This document shows positions 9,301 to 15,123 of a DNA stretch of 34,547 nt, piece by piece. Source of the stretch: Christensenella sp. UBA7868 (lineage in GTDB: Bacteria; Bacillota; Clostridia; Christensenellales; UBA1242); the NCBI GenBank assembly GCA_002501285.1, contig DLSG01000110.1, positions 1 to 34,547 of the forward strand, given 5' to 3'. Position numbers and translations under genes: made by a program. Under the pieces are notes generated by a model. It searched no databases. It was given only the letters and a program-made list of their open reading frames with translations, and was not told where the DNA came from. Each line of letters opens with the position of its first letter. Position 1 is the stretch's first letter.

Positions 9301-9728
9301 GTTAATTTTGTGCTTTTAAGAGGAGTTAAAGAGTTTGCATTTGTAACTGAATAGTAAAATTTGTTATCTTTTCCTTTGATTGTACTATCCACGCCCACAC
9401 ATTCAACAACATCGTTTTTAACAACCGTATTTCCGCTTGAATCTAGCGTTTGCATCGTAACTTTTGCATAGGTCCTGATATAGACATCTTCTTTTGAAGA
9501 AAGATTAACTGAAATATCTTTAATAAACCAGTTTCCAGCAACCAAATCTTTTGGGTCTAAACTATTATCAACCTGTGCATTTCCGCTTGCTTGGGAAATA
9601 GTTATGTTAATATCTGCTCCTTTTTTATCACTAAACCACGAAAAAGTTAGTGCTGTAATAGAAGCGATTGCAACCATTACTACACCAATCCAACCAAATA
9701 TTTTTAATCTTTTAGTTTTTCCTCTCAT
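357..9728 (-). CDS. Giant 3123-aa surface protein. It has a TasA/camelysin-like N-terminal domain with a SipW-type signal peptide, one Listeria-Bacteroides (Flg_new)-like repeat, six BspA/DUF285-type LRR modules and two C-terminal lectin-like domains.
   Basis: Uninterrupted 9372-nt ORF. SD AAGGGG sits 6 nt upstream of the ATG at 9728. The N-terminus is K/R-rich, followed by a hydrophobic helix and 'TFSWFSD'. About 59 units of 24-25 aa resemble 'LTNLDLSSFNTSKVTTMRNMFTRCSS', which I recall as the DUF285/BspA LRR signature. A terminator lies at 262-293. Confidence 0.9.
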   Translation of the reverse strand: MRGKTKRLKIFGWIGVVMVAIASITALTFSWFSDKKGADINITISQASGNAQVDNSLDPKDLVAGNWFIKDISVNLSSKEDVYIRTYAKVTMQTLDSSGNTVVKNDVVECVGVDSTIKGKDNKFYYSVTNANSLTPLKSTKLTLSFAFNVTDKINDEVLRDSSGALKTDLKTTVTYYVDYCQVGGESEWQNLSTDKSSYLISFKNDDGKILKIDHAQYGVTPSFGDTATKEATSEVEYTFKAWNPTIAAVSGKQEYTATYTESSFVATFPITWRGEIAGLSLTGISSASEITGIRFDNPTTVPSEYKNTGKKLASGIRVYQSTSNPTNIAFVYGTIKTAASCYRMFRADGTGDGTNAIPLTNLNSLVFNNFDTSIAENLGDMFCGASKLTTLDLSGWNVPKARATYLMFYGCSSLTTLNLPEFTSVTSLNQMFYNCTSLKTLDLSRFNTSNAGSLYGLFLSCSNLQSINLSGWDTSNVTNMSYMFDSCRSLTNLDLSSFNTSKVTTMRNMFTRCSSLVNVNISSFNTSLVTDMNGMFYDCQKLNTLDLSHFDTSKATDMSYMFDGCIALKNLTIPFNTSSTTDMSGMFQNCVKLTNLDLSSFDMTKVTKVTNMLNNMTDLSVLVTPKNISDSYKIALPTKKADSTDKHMYKEGIAKVVELTKGLSSTVSAKITIYDYIKPVEFSTSWRTQIASLGLTGITTASNITGIAFDDYASFNSSTKKLTINSVSYSNSGKTLPSGIEIWVSDSKSTYIAFVAGSIKAPANCSSLFAYTNGVTLTNLATLVFKNFDTSNVTTMSHMFEGHTGSLKVLDLSCFDTSKVINMQQMFYNSSSLTSINVSSFNTSNVTTMANMFQGCSNLTSLNVLNFNTANVTSMRAMFLGLKKVTSLDLTSFNTAKVTKMEYMFQDGSGLTTINLSSFNTSLVNNMANMFYGCRALQTLDLSHFDTSKVTDMTEMFRGCENLTTLKLGFSTSLVTAVGRMFAYCSKLTYLDLSSFNMVSVVEDATDMFYECAKLSEIVTPQGIKDDYPIYLPGCLEMGEESFPNGKTWYKNGFSLVPNATLTSVFASTASTKVTVIDHVLEGALFPTAHDMAWLAEFDSLFTTEFELENFGTVSPMTNNEITSIRFDTPETLANYENENGFTYFDTGKEFSTGIRIYILDGSQYDISFVYGKIIAPTDCSYLFAPDNGILEQLGWIEFENFDTSNVTNMSSMFYCDYIDADENENCRGSLTDITGLNNFNTSKVTDMSYMFYGVQLVGDLDLSSFDTSNVTTMEQMFAYSSVTSLNLTSFNTSKVTAMDCMFSDCSSLTSLNVSSFNTSKVTSMSYMFESCTKLTSLNVSSFDTSKVTSMSGMFYNCSKLTTLDLTKFNTSNVTNMNYMFYGCENLTTIKLNKTNFDTSKVTDMSYMFRGCENLSSVDVSGFNTSKVTKMTSMFSFCYKLASIDISGWDFSLVTDVSYMFMNCSSLTSLPAISLPKATNLSWMFNGCSKLSSVKVSCSSSATNFLTMFSSCASLTELDLSGLNMSAASKVASMLSGATALTKITAPSALSSGAFISLPTGKNWYVEGNNANKKTSITNDSTVLGKVILDHVLEATLDIDWQTKIVNLGIGITDVTKINSIQFLKPTEIPSGYTNTNKILTSGIQVYKSSSSDLDIAFVCEKIYAPATSSSLFKGLTALKTLTFKNFDTSKATTMQAMFQNCSSLQSLDLSSFNTAKVTSMREMFDGCSSLTTINVSSFDTSNVTSMQSMFANCNALTSLNLSNFKTPKVTTMAKMFYNCRVLASLVISSFNTSNVTTMEQMFEACNKLSTLNVSNFDTSKVINMHSMFDGCVLLSTLNVSNFNTSNVEDFRAMFWRVSGITSLDLSSFDTSKATDMQFMFAHCTALKTVNLSSFNTSNVIVMQQMFIDCPSLEELDLSSFDMTKVTSVSDMFSGCTALTRIVIPQNIQSSYPITLPTGKTWYQGGFFDSVVTTLSSNTYAYGYKCTEVLAYILRATLDSDWRSQLENAGVTVTNSTYLMIASPDSINANMAYNAIKLKSGILVEHGENSEGELSIWLSYPEIITPIDSTGLFANLGEIAFYTSGDHQVLFTSQTKIFDYFFAGTRVSCFNGSLSQISTSSATSMKGMFSRSGSGSYMSFGSSGAFSTSNVTDFSNMFAGCASVNEIDFTCFNIKSGAIGTGFLDGCSSLKTIIAPTTIASGVSIPLPADKTWYIKDTNTVVTEFKSSVAGKTLVLTLTASLDTNWKTQVVALKMPEITAVNKITSIIFETPSSLPSTYKYAGKLTSGIKVYQNNAVSRITEIAFVADKIYGPVNSNELFDGLSGLTSITFYNFDTSKVEGMSFMFRNCSSLSSLDLSKFNTTSVKEMHGMFHSCVNLTSLNLTSFNTANVTTMYAMFYSCEKLPTLTVSNFNTGKVTTMSNMFANCKALTRLDLIKFDTSNVTDMQAMFDGCSSLTAVRLSSFNTSNVTEMRYMFRGCSKLANLNLSNFDTAKVTNMRYMFQNCSSLADVNVFSFDTSAVTEMAGMFAGCSSLTSLLSIVDFETANVTDMSNMFANCYKLTSLDLEGWNTASVTTMASMFDTCTSLKVLTTGSNFVCTKATNLSNMFYACNDIRVIDLSAFNTNVTTNMSYMFGECYSLLKITFGSSFTTGLVTNFTQMFKDCYSLASLDLSRFEILSSANVTDMLSINNSNNHFVLSSIKAPKSIGKAIALPTSNGSTTKYFSQYAGSATSISSMTSTYAGKTLYRGSSSYRILDYLEFTGSEYVDTGAKASYYYMFNNTTNVSVVNSFTDTTHDMILFGSQNSPSQRQFIMYHNNLNKSSTGTSTVKANMGGTINTMNYGDSSQIHTVGITSSKRYYFDSNGATHSSTASWIASFETLYIGALNYNGVADTSNGFRGKIYLCSVGTDFFIPVVNNTTGTKGLWNVYDSTFHPLQGQALPTGYTKLNYLKSTGTQYINTGLSWSTSLKIEVKFANYTSSINSGAVCGTDGWIGTLTRLATATQLRWVPQASKCHMYTSFSTSGTYIVSASNSSMLVISGSTRSSIAASDDSGNTSSGTFKIFKGQGKCGALTMYYFKIWNGTNLVRDLVPAKNSSGVLGMYDLIYGTFYTNAGTGSFTGA
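360..1472 (-). repeat. Two tandem C-terminal domains of about 185 aa (aa 2753-2940 and 2941-3123), probably lectin/LamG-like jelly rolls
   Basis: Both begin with 'Y(R/T)(I/K)L(D/N)YL(E/K)(F/S)TG(S/T)(E/Q)Y(V/I)(D/N)TG'. Both end with an 'I(Y/F)...(V/I)....L(I/V)P......G(L/M)(W/Y)(N/D)......F(H/Y)' type motif, for example 'LVRDLVPAKNSSGVLGMYDLIYGTFYTNAGTGSFTGA'. Confidence 0.6.
1473..8933 (-). repeat. Six tandem LRR modules inside the giant CDS
   Basis: Approximate module bounds from counting residues: M1 7695-8933, M2 6489-7694, M3 4959-6488, M4 3750-4958, M5 3015-3749 (short, degenerate, about 3 LRRs), M6 1473-3014. Each module opens with a head like 'W(R/K/Q)(T/S)Q(I/V)..L..... I(T/N)(G/S)I.F......SGI.(V/I)(Y/W)....IAFV...I.AP'. 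It then carries 9-14 LRRs and closes with 'L..I..P..I.....I.LPTGK.WY'. Confidence 0.8.
8943..9140 (-). other. Listeria-Bacteroides repeat (Flg_new / InlB B-repeat)-like segment, aa 197-262
   Basis: 'ISFKNDDGKILKIDHAQYGVTPSFGDTATKEATSEVEYTFKAWNPTIAAVSGKQEYTATY' fits the Y.V.F....G......v.yG......P...G..F.GW......v.....YtA.Y pattern. Confidence 0.5.
9144..9728 (-). other. TasA/camelysin-like N-terminal domain of the giant protein (aa 1-195) with a SipW-dependent-type signal peptide motif
   Basis: 'MRGKTKRLKIFGWIGVVMVAIASITALTFSWFSD' resembles the signal-anchor plus (A/T)xAYF(S/T)D motif of the TasA/CalY families. 'AGNWFIKDISVNLSSKEDVYIRTYAKV' resembles the conserved PGD..K...V.N.G..D.Y.R strand pair. 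Confidence 0.55.
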
Positions 9729-9807
9729 AATTTACCCCTTTTAAGCCTTTTCCTATAAAAGAAAATAAAGTATATATATAAAAATAGATATACCTTAATT
9801 GTTTTTG

Positions 9808-10476
9808 CTAAATTTCAGTTTGCAAATCATCATAGCCTTGTTGTGAAATAACCGCAGAAATGTTGATGACAAAGTTTTTGCCACAAAGGTCTGTGTCTGC
9901 AATATCTTCTCCGACTTTCACACTATTTATAATGGTAGCCGCATTTGCTCCTTTTGCCGTCAAACCAATTTTAGTATCTGGAAGGACAATACTGCTATTT
10001 TTCTCTACGCTATAAGAACTTGAAACAAGTTGAATATAATAACTATCGTTTCCGCAAGAGTTGTCAATGTTATTTACAACGGTTGTCCCATTTTTAAACA
10101 CAACCGCAAATTGAACATTTGTAACAACAGCGTCAACGTTACCTGCATTTTTTATTTTAATAGGCAAACTAAATGTGCCTGAACTTAATGTTATTGTTTT
10201 AGTGGTAGAGCCACTTTTAACTTGAAGGCTAACCGCCCCACTTGACGAAATCGTTCCAGTAATTCCGTTTTTATCAATTTTGTAATCTGTCGTTCCGTCA
10301 TTATAATAAAATTCTAGCGAAACATAAGGATTGTTTGTTGAATTGTTATTTGAAAAAGTTCCGCTTAAATAAGCATAGGTCACGCCAAAAATTGTGCTAA
10401 TTACGCACAATGCTAAAACCAAAAACATAAAGCTATAATTTCTTTTTCCTATATTTTTATTTTTCGTTTTCAACAT
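9808..10476 (-). CDS. TasA/camelysin-like secreted protein (222 aa) with a SipW-type signal peptide, directly upstream of the giant gene
   Basis: SD GGAG lies 4-5 nt from the ATG. The N-terminus reads 'KRNYSFMFLVLALCVISTIFGVTYAYLSGTFS'. 'LPIKIKNAGNVDAVVTNVQF' is a TasA-like strand motif. Same strand as the giant gene, 79 nt from it. Confidence 0.55.
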   Translation of the reverse strand: MLKTKNKNIGKRNYSFMFLVLALCVISTIFGVTYAYLSGTFSNNNSTNNPYVSLEFYYNDGTTDYKIDKNGITGTISSSGAVSLQVKSGSTTKTITLSSGTFSLPIKIKNAGNVDAVVTNVQFAVVFKNGTTVVNNIDNSCGNDSYYIQLVSSSYSVEKNSSIVLPDTKIGLTAKGANAATIINSVKVGEDIADTDLCGKNFVINISAVISQQGYDDLQTEI

Positions 10477-10714
10477 TTTTCTCCAATTTATTTATATAAT
10501 AAAATATTTTTCAAAAAAAGTCTAGTATTTTTAGTCATTTTCTAACAGAAATCTTAATTTTTTATATAATATATATATTTATTATTTAAAATAAAGCAAG
10601 AAATATTTATAAACTAATCAAATTGTTAATTTTACGCCCAAATTTGCTTAATCTCCACAAATTAACGCTTTAAATATTTTAATTTTAAAGATATTTTAAA
10701 CAAAAAAAATGCCG

Positions 10715-11296
10715 TTAATCAGCATTTTTTGTTATCAAGCAAACTCCATCTTCAAGGTCAATTAATTCGCTTTCAATTTTATCATTATCTTTCACCATTT
10801 TTAAAAACAATCTTAAATTATTTACAATTGTTCGGTGTTTTTTTTCTACTATTCCCTCATTTAAAACAAGCCCGCCAAACAAAACATTATCACAAAAAAT
10901 CATACCACCAACATTTAGCATTTTTAATAAATGTGGTAAATATTTTGGATATTGTCCTTTAGGTCCATCTAAAAATATGAAATCAAATTTCTGATTTTCT
11001 TTTTCAATAAAATCTATTGCATCACCAAAAATAAGTGTTACCCTATCGTTAAAACCTTCTTTTTCAAAGTTTTTTAGTGCAATATTTTTCATATTTTCAT
11101 CTTTTTCCAAAGTGGTTAGTTTCGCACTAGAATTTTCAAGCATTAATATGCCCGAATACCCAATTGCCGTTCCAATTTCTAAAATTTGAGATGGATTAAC
11201 TTCTTTAATTTTTTCAATCAAAAGTTTGCTTGTTTTTGGTCTTACAATCGGAATAAAATTTTCTTTTGCAAACTCTCTTATTTCGTTCTCTTTCAT
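10715..11296 (-). CDS. Class I SAM-dependent O-methyltransferase (family 3, YrrM/TrmR-like)
   Basis: SAM motif I 'ILEIGTAIGYSG', 'FDFIFLDGPKGQY', 193 aa. Its start overlaps the RNase J stop as TAATG at 11294-11298. Confidence 0.75.
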   Translation of the reverse strand: MKENEIREFAKENFIPIVRPKTSKLLIEKIKEVNPSQILEIGTAIGYSGILMLENSSAKLTTLEKDENMKNIALKNFEKEGFNDRVTLIFGDAIDFIEKENQKFDFIFLDGPKGQYPKYLPHLLKMLNVGGMIFCDNVLFGGLVLNEGIVEKKHRTIVNNLRLFLKMVKDNDKIESELIDLEDGVCLITKNAD

Positions 11297-13230
11297 TAGT
11301 TCTCCACAACAATAGTTAAAATCATTGGGCGTCTTTTCATCTTTTTATAAAAATAATTTGCCAAGAACTTTCTAATATTATTTTTAACCGAACTTAAATC
11401 GTTTTCTTTTAAAGATACAGCATCTAACGCTTCTCTAATTGCGTGTCTTGCCTCAGACACAAGTTTTTGCGCTTCATTTGTATAAATTAAGCCCCTAGAA
11501 ATAATTTCAGGTTCTCCAATAATTTCTCCAGTTAATTTATCAAGCATAGTGATAGAAACCAAAACACCATCTTCGGCAAGTTGTTTTCTATCTCTTATAA
11601 CAACGCTTTCAATATCACCCATGCCATTTCCGTCAACAAGTCGTTCACCAGCAATAATATTTGATGTCTTTTTAAATGTATTTTTATTAACTTCAACCCT
11701 ATTTCCATTTTCACAAATCAAAATATTTCTTTCAGGCATTCCTAAATTCATTGCTAAATCTTTATGGAATTTTTGATGTCTAAATTCTCCATGAACGGGC
11801 ATGAAATATTTAGGCTTAACAAGGTTATGAATAATTTTCAATTCTTCCTTATAAGCGTGACCTGAAGCATGAATTTCAGCCAAACTATGATAAACAATTT
11901 CACAACCAAGTTTATACAAATTGTTCATAACATTATTAACATTTCTTTCATTTCCAGGAATTGGAGAAGCACTCATAATTATTACATCATTGCTGTCAAG
12001 TTTAATTTTTGGGAAATCATTATTTGCCATTCTAGTAAGTGCACTCATAGGTTCACCTTGACTTCCAGTAGAAACAATTAAAAGTTCGCTATCTTTATAT
12101 CCGCCAATTTTATCAATATCTAAAATATTATTTTTATCAAATTTAAGTTCACCAATTTTATAAGCAGTTTCCGCAACATTTTGCATACTTCTTCCAGTAA
12201 ACACAACTCTTCGTTTATGCTTTTCTGCCAAATCTAAAATTTGTTGAAGTCTTAAAACATTACTTGCAAATGAAGCCACTAAAATACGCTTGTCCGCATA
12301 TTTACCAAACAAAACATCAAGGTTTTGTGCAACTTTCTTTTCACTCATCGAATAGCCGTCTTTTTCAACGTTTGTGCTTTCACAAGTTAAAAGCAACACT
12401 CCTTTTCTGCCAAGTTCAGCAAACCTAGCAAGGTCTGTTGGCTTTCCGTCCATACTTTCAAAATCAATTTTAAAGTCACCAGTGTGAACCATTAACCCAA
12501 CTGGGGTAGTTATTGCAAAAGCAAGTGAACCTGGAATTGAGTGGTTTACATGAATAAACTCAATTGAAAAACAGCCAAGTTTAATAACTTGTTTTGGTTT
12601 TACACTAATCATTTTTGCTTTTATTTTAGGAAATTCTCTTAACTTGTTTTCTACAAGCCCAAGAGCAAGTCTAGACCCATAAATAGGAGCATTAATTTCC
12701 CCCATAACATACGGAATGGCTCCAATATGATCTTCGTGTCCGTGAGTTAAAACAATACCTCTAATTTTATCTCTATTTGCTTTTAAATATGTGATGTCTG
12801 GAACCACCAAATCAATCCCAGGCATATCGTCAGACGGAAATGTAGCACCGCAATCTAAAACGATTATATCGTTACCATACTCCAAAACCATCATGTTTTT
12901 CCCAATCTCGCCAACTCCACCTAAAAACATAACTTTTAAATTAGAATTTGCTTTTCGATTTGTAACTTTTAAAATATCTTGTTTTTCGGTTTTATCATCT
13001 TCCATTTGATAAAAATCGGTTAAAAGTTTGATATTTTTATCATCATTTTCAATATTTTCGCTATTTTCTTCATTGTTTTTATTATTTTTTATGGTATTTT
13101 TATTATTAAATCTTTTCTTTTTAAAATTGTTCTTTTTTACATTTTCGGTTGAAAAACTTTCCATTTTGTTAGATTCATTATTAACAAAAACACGGGTTAA
13201 ATCAACCTTTTTCTCTTCATTATTTTCCAT
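11296..13230 (-). CDS. rnj: Ribonuclease J (metallo-beta-lactamase/beta-CASP) with an N/K/E-rich N-terminal extension of about 95 aa
   Basis: 'LGGVGEIGKNMMVLEY', 'HGHEDHIGAIPY', 'ASGHA', 644 aa. A strong SD AAGGAGA 4 nt upstream of the ATG at 13230 supports the long N-terminus. Confidence 0.9.
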   Translation of the reverse strand: MENNEEKKVDLTRVFVNNESNKMESFSTENVKKNNFKKKRFNNKNTIKNNKNNEENSENIENDDKNIKLLTDFYQMEDDKTEKQDILKVTNRKANSNLKVMFLGGVGEIGKNMMVLEYGNDIIVLDCGATFPSDDMPGIDLVVPDITYLKANRDKIRGIVLTHGHEDHIGAIPYVMGEINAPIYGSRLALGLVENKLREFPKIKAKMISVKPKQVIKLGCFSIEFIHVNHSIPGSLAFAITTPVGLMVHTGDFKIDFESMDGKPTDLARFAELGRKGVLLLTCESTNVEKDGYSMSEKKVAQNLDVLFGKYADKRILVASFASNVLRLQQILDLAEKHKRRVVFTGRSMQNVAETAYKIGELKFDKNNILDIDKIGGYKDSELLIVSTGSQGEPMSALTRMANNDFPKIKLDSNDVIIMSASPIPGNERNVNNVMNNLYKLGCEIVYHSLAEIHASGHAYKEELKIIHNLVKPKYFMPVHGEFRHQKFHKDLAMNLGMPERNILICENGNRVEVNKNTFKKTSNIIAGERLVDGNGMGDIESVVIRDRKQLAEDGVLVSITMLDKLTGEIIGEPEIISRGLIYTNEAQKLVSEARHAIREALDAVSLKENDLSSVKNNIRKFLANYFYKKMKRRPMILTIVVEN

Positions 13231-13239
13231 TATATCTCC

Positions 13240-14190
13240 TTAAATTATATATCTCAATTTATTCATTTTATCTAGTTCTTCTTTTCTTAAAGGCGACCTA
13301 ATTTCATCGCCCACATAATATCTCATACCGTTACATTCATAGTAAGAAATAGTCTTAAACAAATCAAGTACAACAATCGAAATTGGTATAGTAATAATTA
13401 GTCCAGCAAAGAAACTATAAACCACTATAAAAATGTTTAAAACTAAAAGTACAAACACAAGCATAATGCTTGAACTTAACAATCTGAAATATTTTTTGCT
13501 AACTGTTTTTAAACCAGTTTTTAAACTTTTAAACACGCCATTATCATTAATAATAATACTTGGACTAAACCCAGCAATTAAACTTAAATATAACCCACTT
13601 ATTAATGTAATCGACAAAAACATAAGCATAGGAATTAAAACTTTAACAATTCCGCTTACCCCATCAAAAAGAGTAAAGCCATAATAAAGAATTAACCCTA
13701 AACAAGCATAGTAAGGCAAACTTACAATAAATTTTATTACACTTTTAAGCATACTTTTAAAAGTCTTTCCAACCAAACTTTTAAAAAATGATAATTTTGT
13801 TTTACTTGTTAAATTTGCATTAATTACATCAATACACGCAAGTTCATCAAGAGAACCAAACAAAACTAAAATTAAAATAAACACAGTAATTGCCAAAGCA
13901 CTGCTTACAACAATTGATGGATCTAAATTTATTAAAATCTCAATAATTTTTAAAAATATGTCTTTAAATCCAATAAAAATGTTAGAAATATTAAAACTTT
14001 CAAACATAAAAACAAGTTTATCGCCAATAAACCCAAAAAAATCTATGCTTAATAAATGCGTAATAAGTGGCATACCAATGGTGCCCCCAATTCCTAACGC
14101 AAAAAGCAAAACAAAAAGTTTATACAAAAAAACTTTATATGTCAAACTAAAATTAGTTAACAATAACTTAAATGTGTTTTTAAAAATCAT
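13240..14190 (-). CDS. Multi-pass integral membrane protein, function unknown (316 aa)
   Basis: Hydrophobic segments run throughout. SD-like AGGAAA. Same operon-like string as rnj. Confidence 0.6.
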   Translation of the reverse strand: MIFKNTFKLLLTNFSLTYKVFLYKLFVLLFALGIGGTIGMPLITHLLSIDFFGFIGDKLVFMFESFNISNIFIGFKDIFLKIIEILINLDPSIVVSSALAITVFILILVLFGSLDELACIDVINANLTSKTKLSFFKSLVGKTFKSMLKSVIKFIVSLPYYACLGLILYYGFTLFDGVSGIVKVLIPMLMFLSITLISGLYLSLIAGFSPSIIINDNGVFKSLKTGLKTVSKKYFRLLSSSIMLVFVLLVLNIFIVVYSFFAGLIITIPISIVVLDLFKTISYYECNGMRYYVGDEIRSPLRKEELDKMNKLRYII

Positions 14191-14198
14191 AATATTTC

Positions 14199-15023
14199 CT
14201 ACTTTATTTGAAAGTATTTTCTTTCGTCATAGCGTGATAAGTTAGAAAGGTCAAAAAATGCAGTAAGCGCAAAAGAAGAATAGTACATTATAGAAATTAT
14301 CAAACATATAGTGCTTACTATATGAAGTGCGATTGAACTAAAATTAAATATTGAAATTAATGGAATGATAATAACATAAGGCACTAAATAAGCAAGAAGT
14401 AAAGCAAAAAAGTTTTTTCCAAGTAAATTTACAGTGCTTGAAATTGCTTGTTTAAAGTTATAGCCATTAATCATCATATTAGGAACATTTATAAGTAGTG
14501 CAAGTCCAACAAAACTAATCACACAAAAATAAAGTGTGAAGAAAATTATTGCACAAATCATGCACCCAACCCCAGCGGTTGTGTTTAATCCGTTAATAAT
14601 TACATGAAACAAATATATTAAAGTTCCACACAAAAATGAAACAATAAAATTTATAACAACAAAAATCATTAGATTTAATAAAATTGTTAAAATGTTGTTA
14701 TTAATGTAATTTTTGAAATTATAATAATTGCGTTTTCCACTTCTAAAATGATTTTCAATTTCACCGCAAATTACGCTTGCGAAAATGCTAATCAAACCAA
14801 AACCAATAATATAAAATAATATTTTAAGCCAGCTTATATCAATAATTGCATAAAACACATCACCAAAGCCAGTTACAACTAAATTTGCGTAATTATTTAT
14901 AAACTCCAAAAATTTAAACGGACTAACTAAACTTCCTATAAAAACCGCAGGAATTAAACTCATTAAAAACAAAAATAAAATGTTTTTAAAACAATATTTA
15001 AAACTTAGTTTTATATAACGCAT
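14199..15023 (-). CDS. Multi-pass integral membrane protein, function unknown (274 aa), possibly a distant paralogue of the downstream 316-aa protein
   Basis: Multiple hydrophobic helices. SD AAAGGAAG. The basic N-terminus followed by a TM segment is similar in both proteins. Confidence 0.6.
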   Translation of the reverse strand: MRYIKLSFKYCFKNILFLFLMSLIPAVFIGSLVSPFKFLEFINNYANLVVTGFGDVFYAIIDISWLKILFYIIGFGLISIFASVICGEIENHFRSGKRNYYNFKNYINNNILTILLNLMIFVVINFIVSFLCGTLIYLFHVIINGLNTTAGVGCMICAIIFFTLYFCVISFVGLALLINVPNMMINGYNFKQAISSTVNLLGKNFFALLLAYLVPYVIIIPLISIFNFSSIALHIVSTICLIISIMYYSSFALTAFFDLSNLSRYDERKYFQIK

Positions 15024-15123
15024 CTTTAACTTCCTTTCTTAATTATATAACAAAAAATAATAAATTACAATTATTTTATAAAAATTATTTTAATAGTTTA
15101 ATAATTTTTAAGAAAAAATTGAT

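Noticed and set aside
10700-10732. AU-rich hairpin AAAATGC-N9-GCATTTT overlapping the methyltransferase stop, as a possible terminator
   Set aside because: The stem is only 7 bp, almost all A-T, and overlaps coding sequence. It may work as a weak terminator, but the evidence is insufficient to call it.
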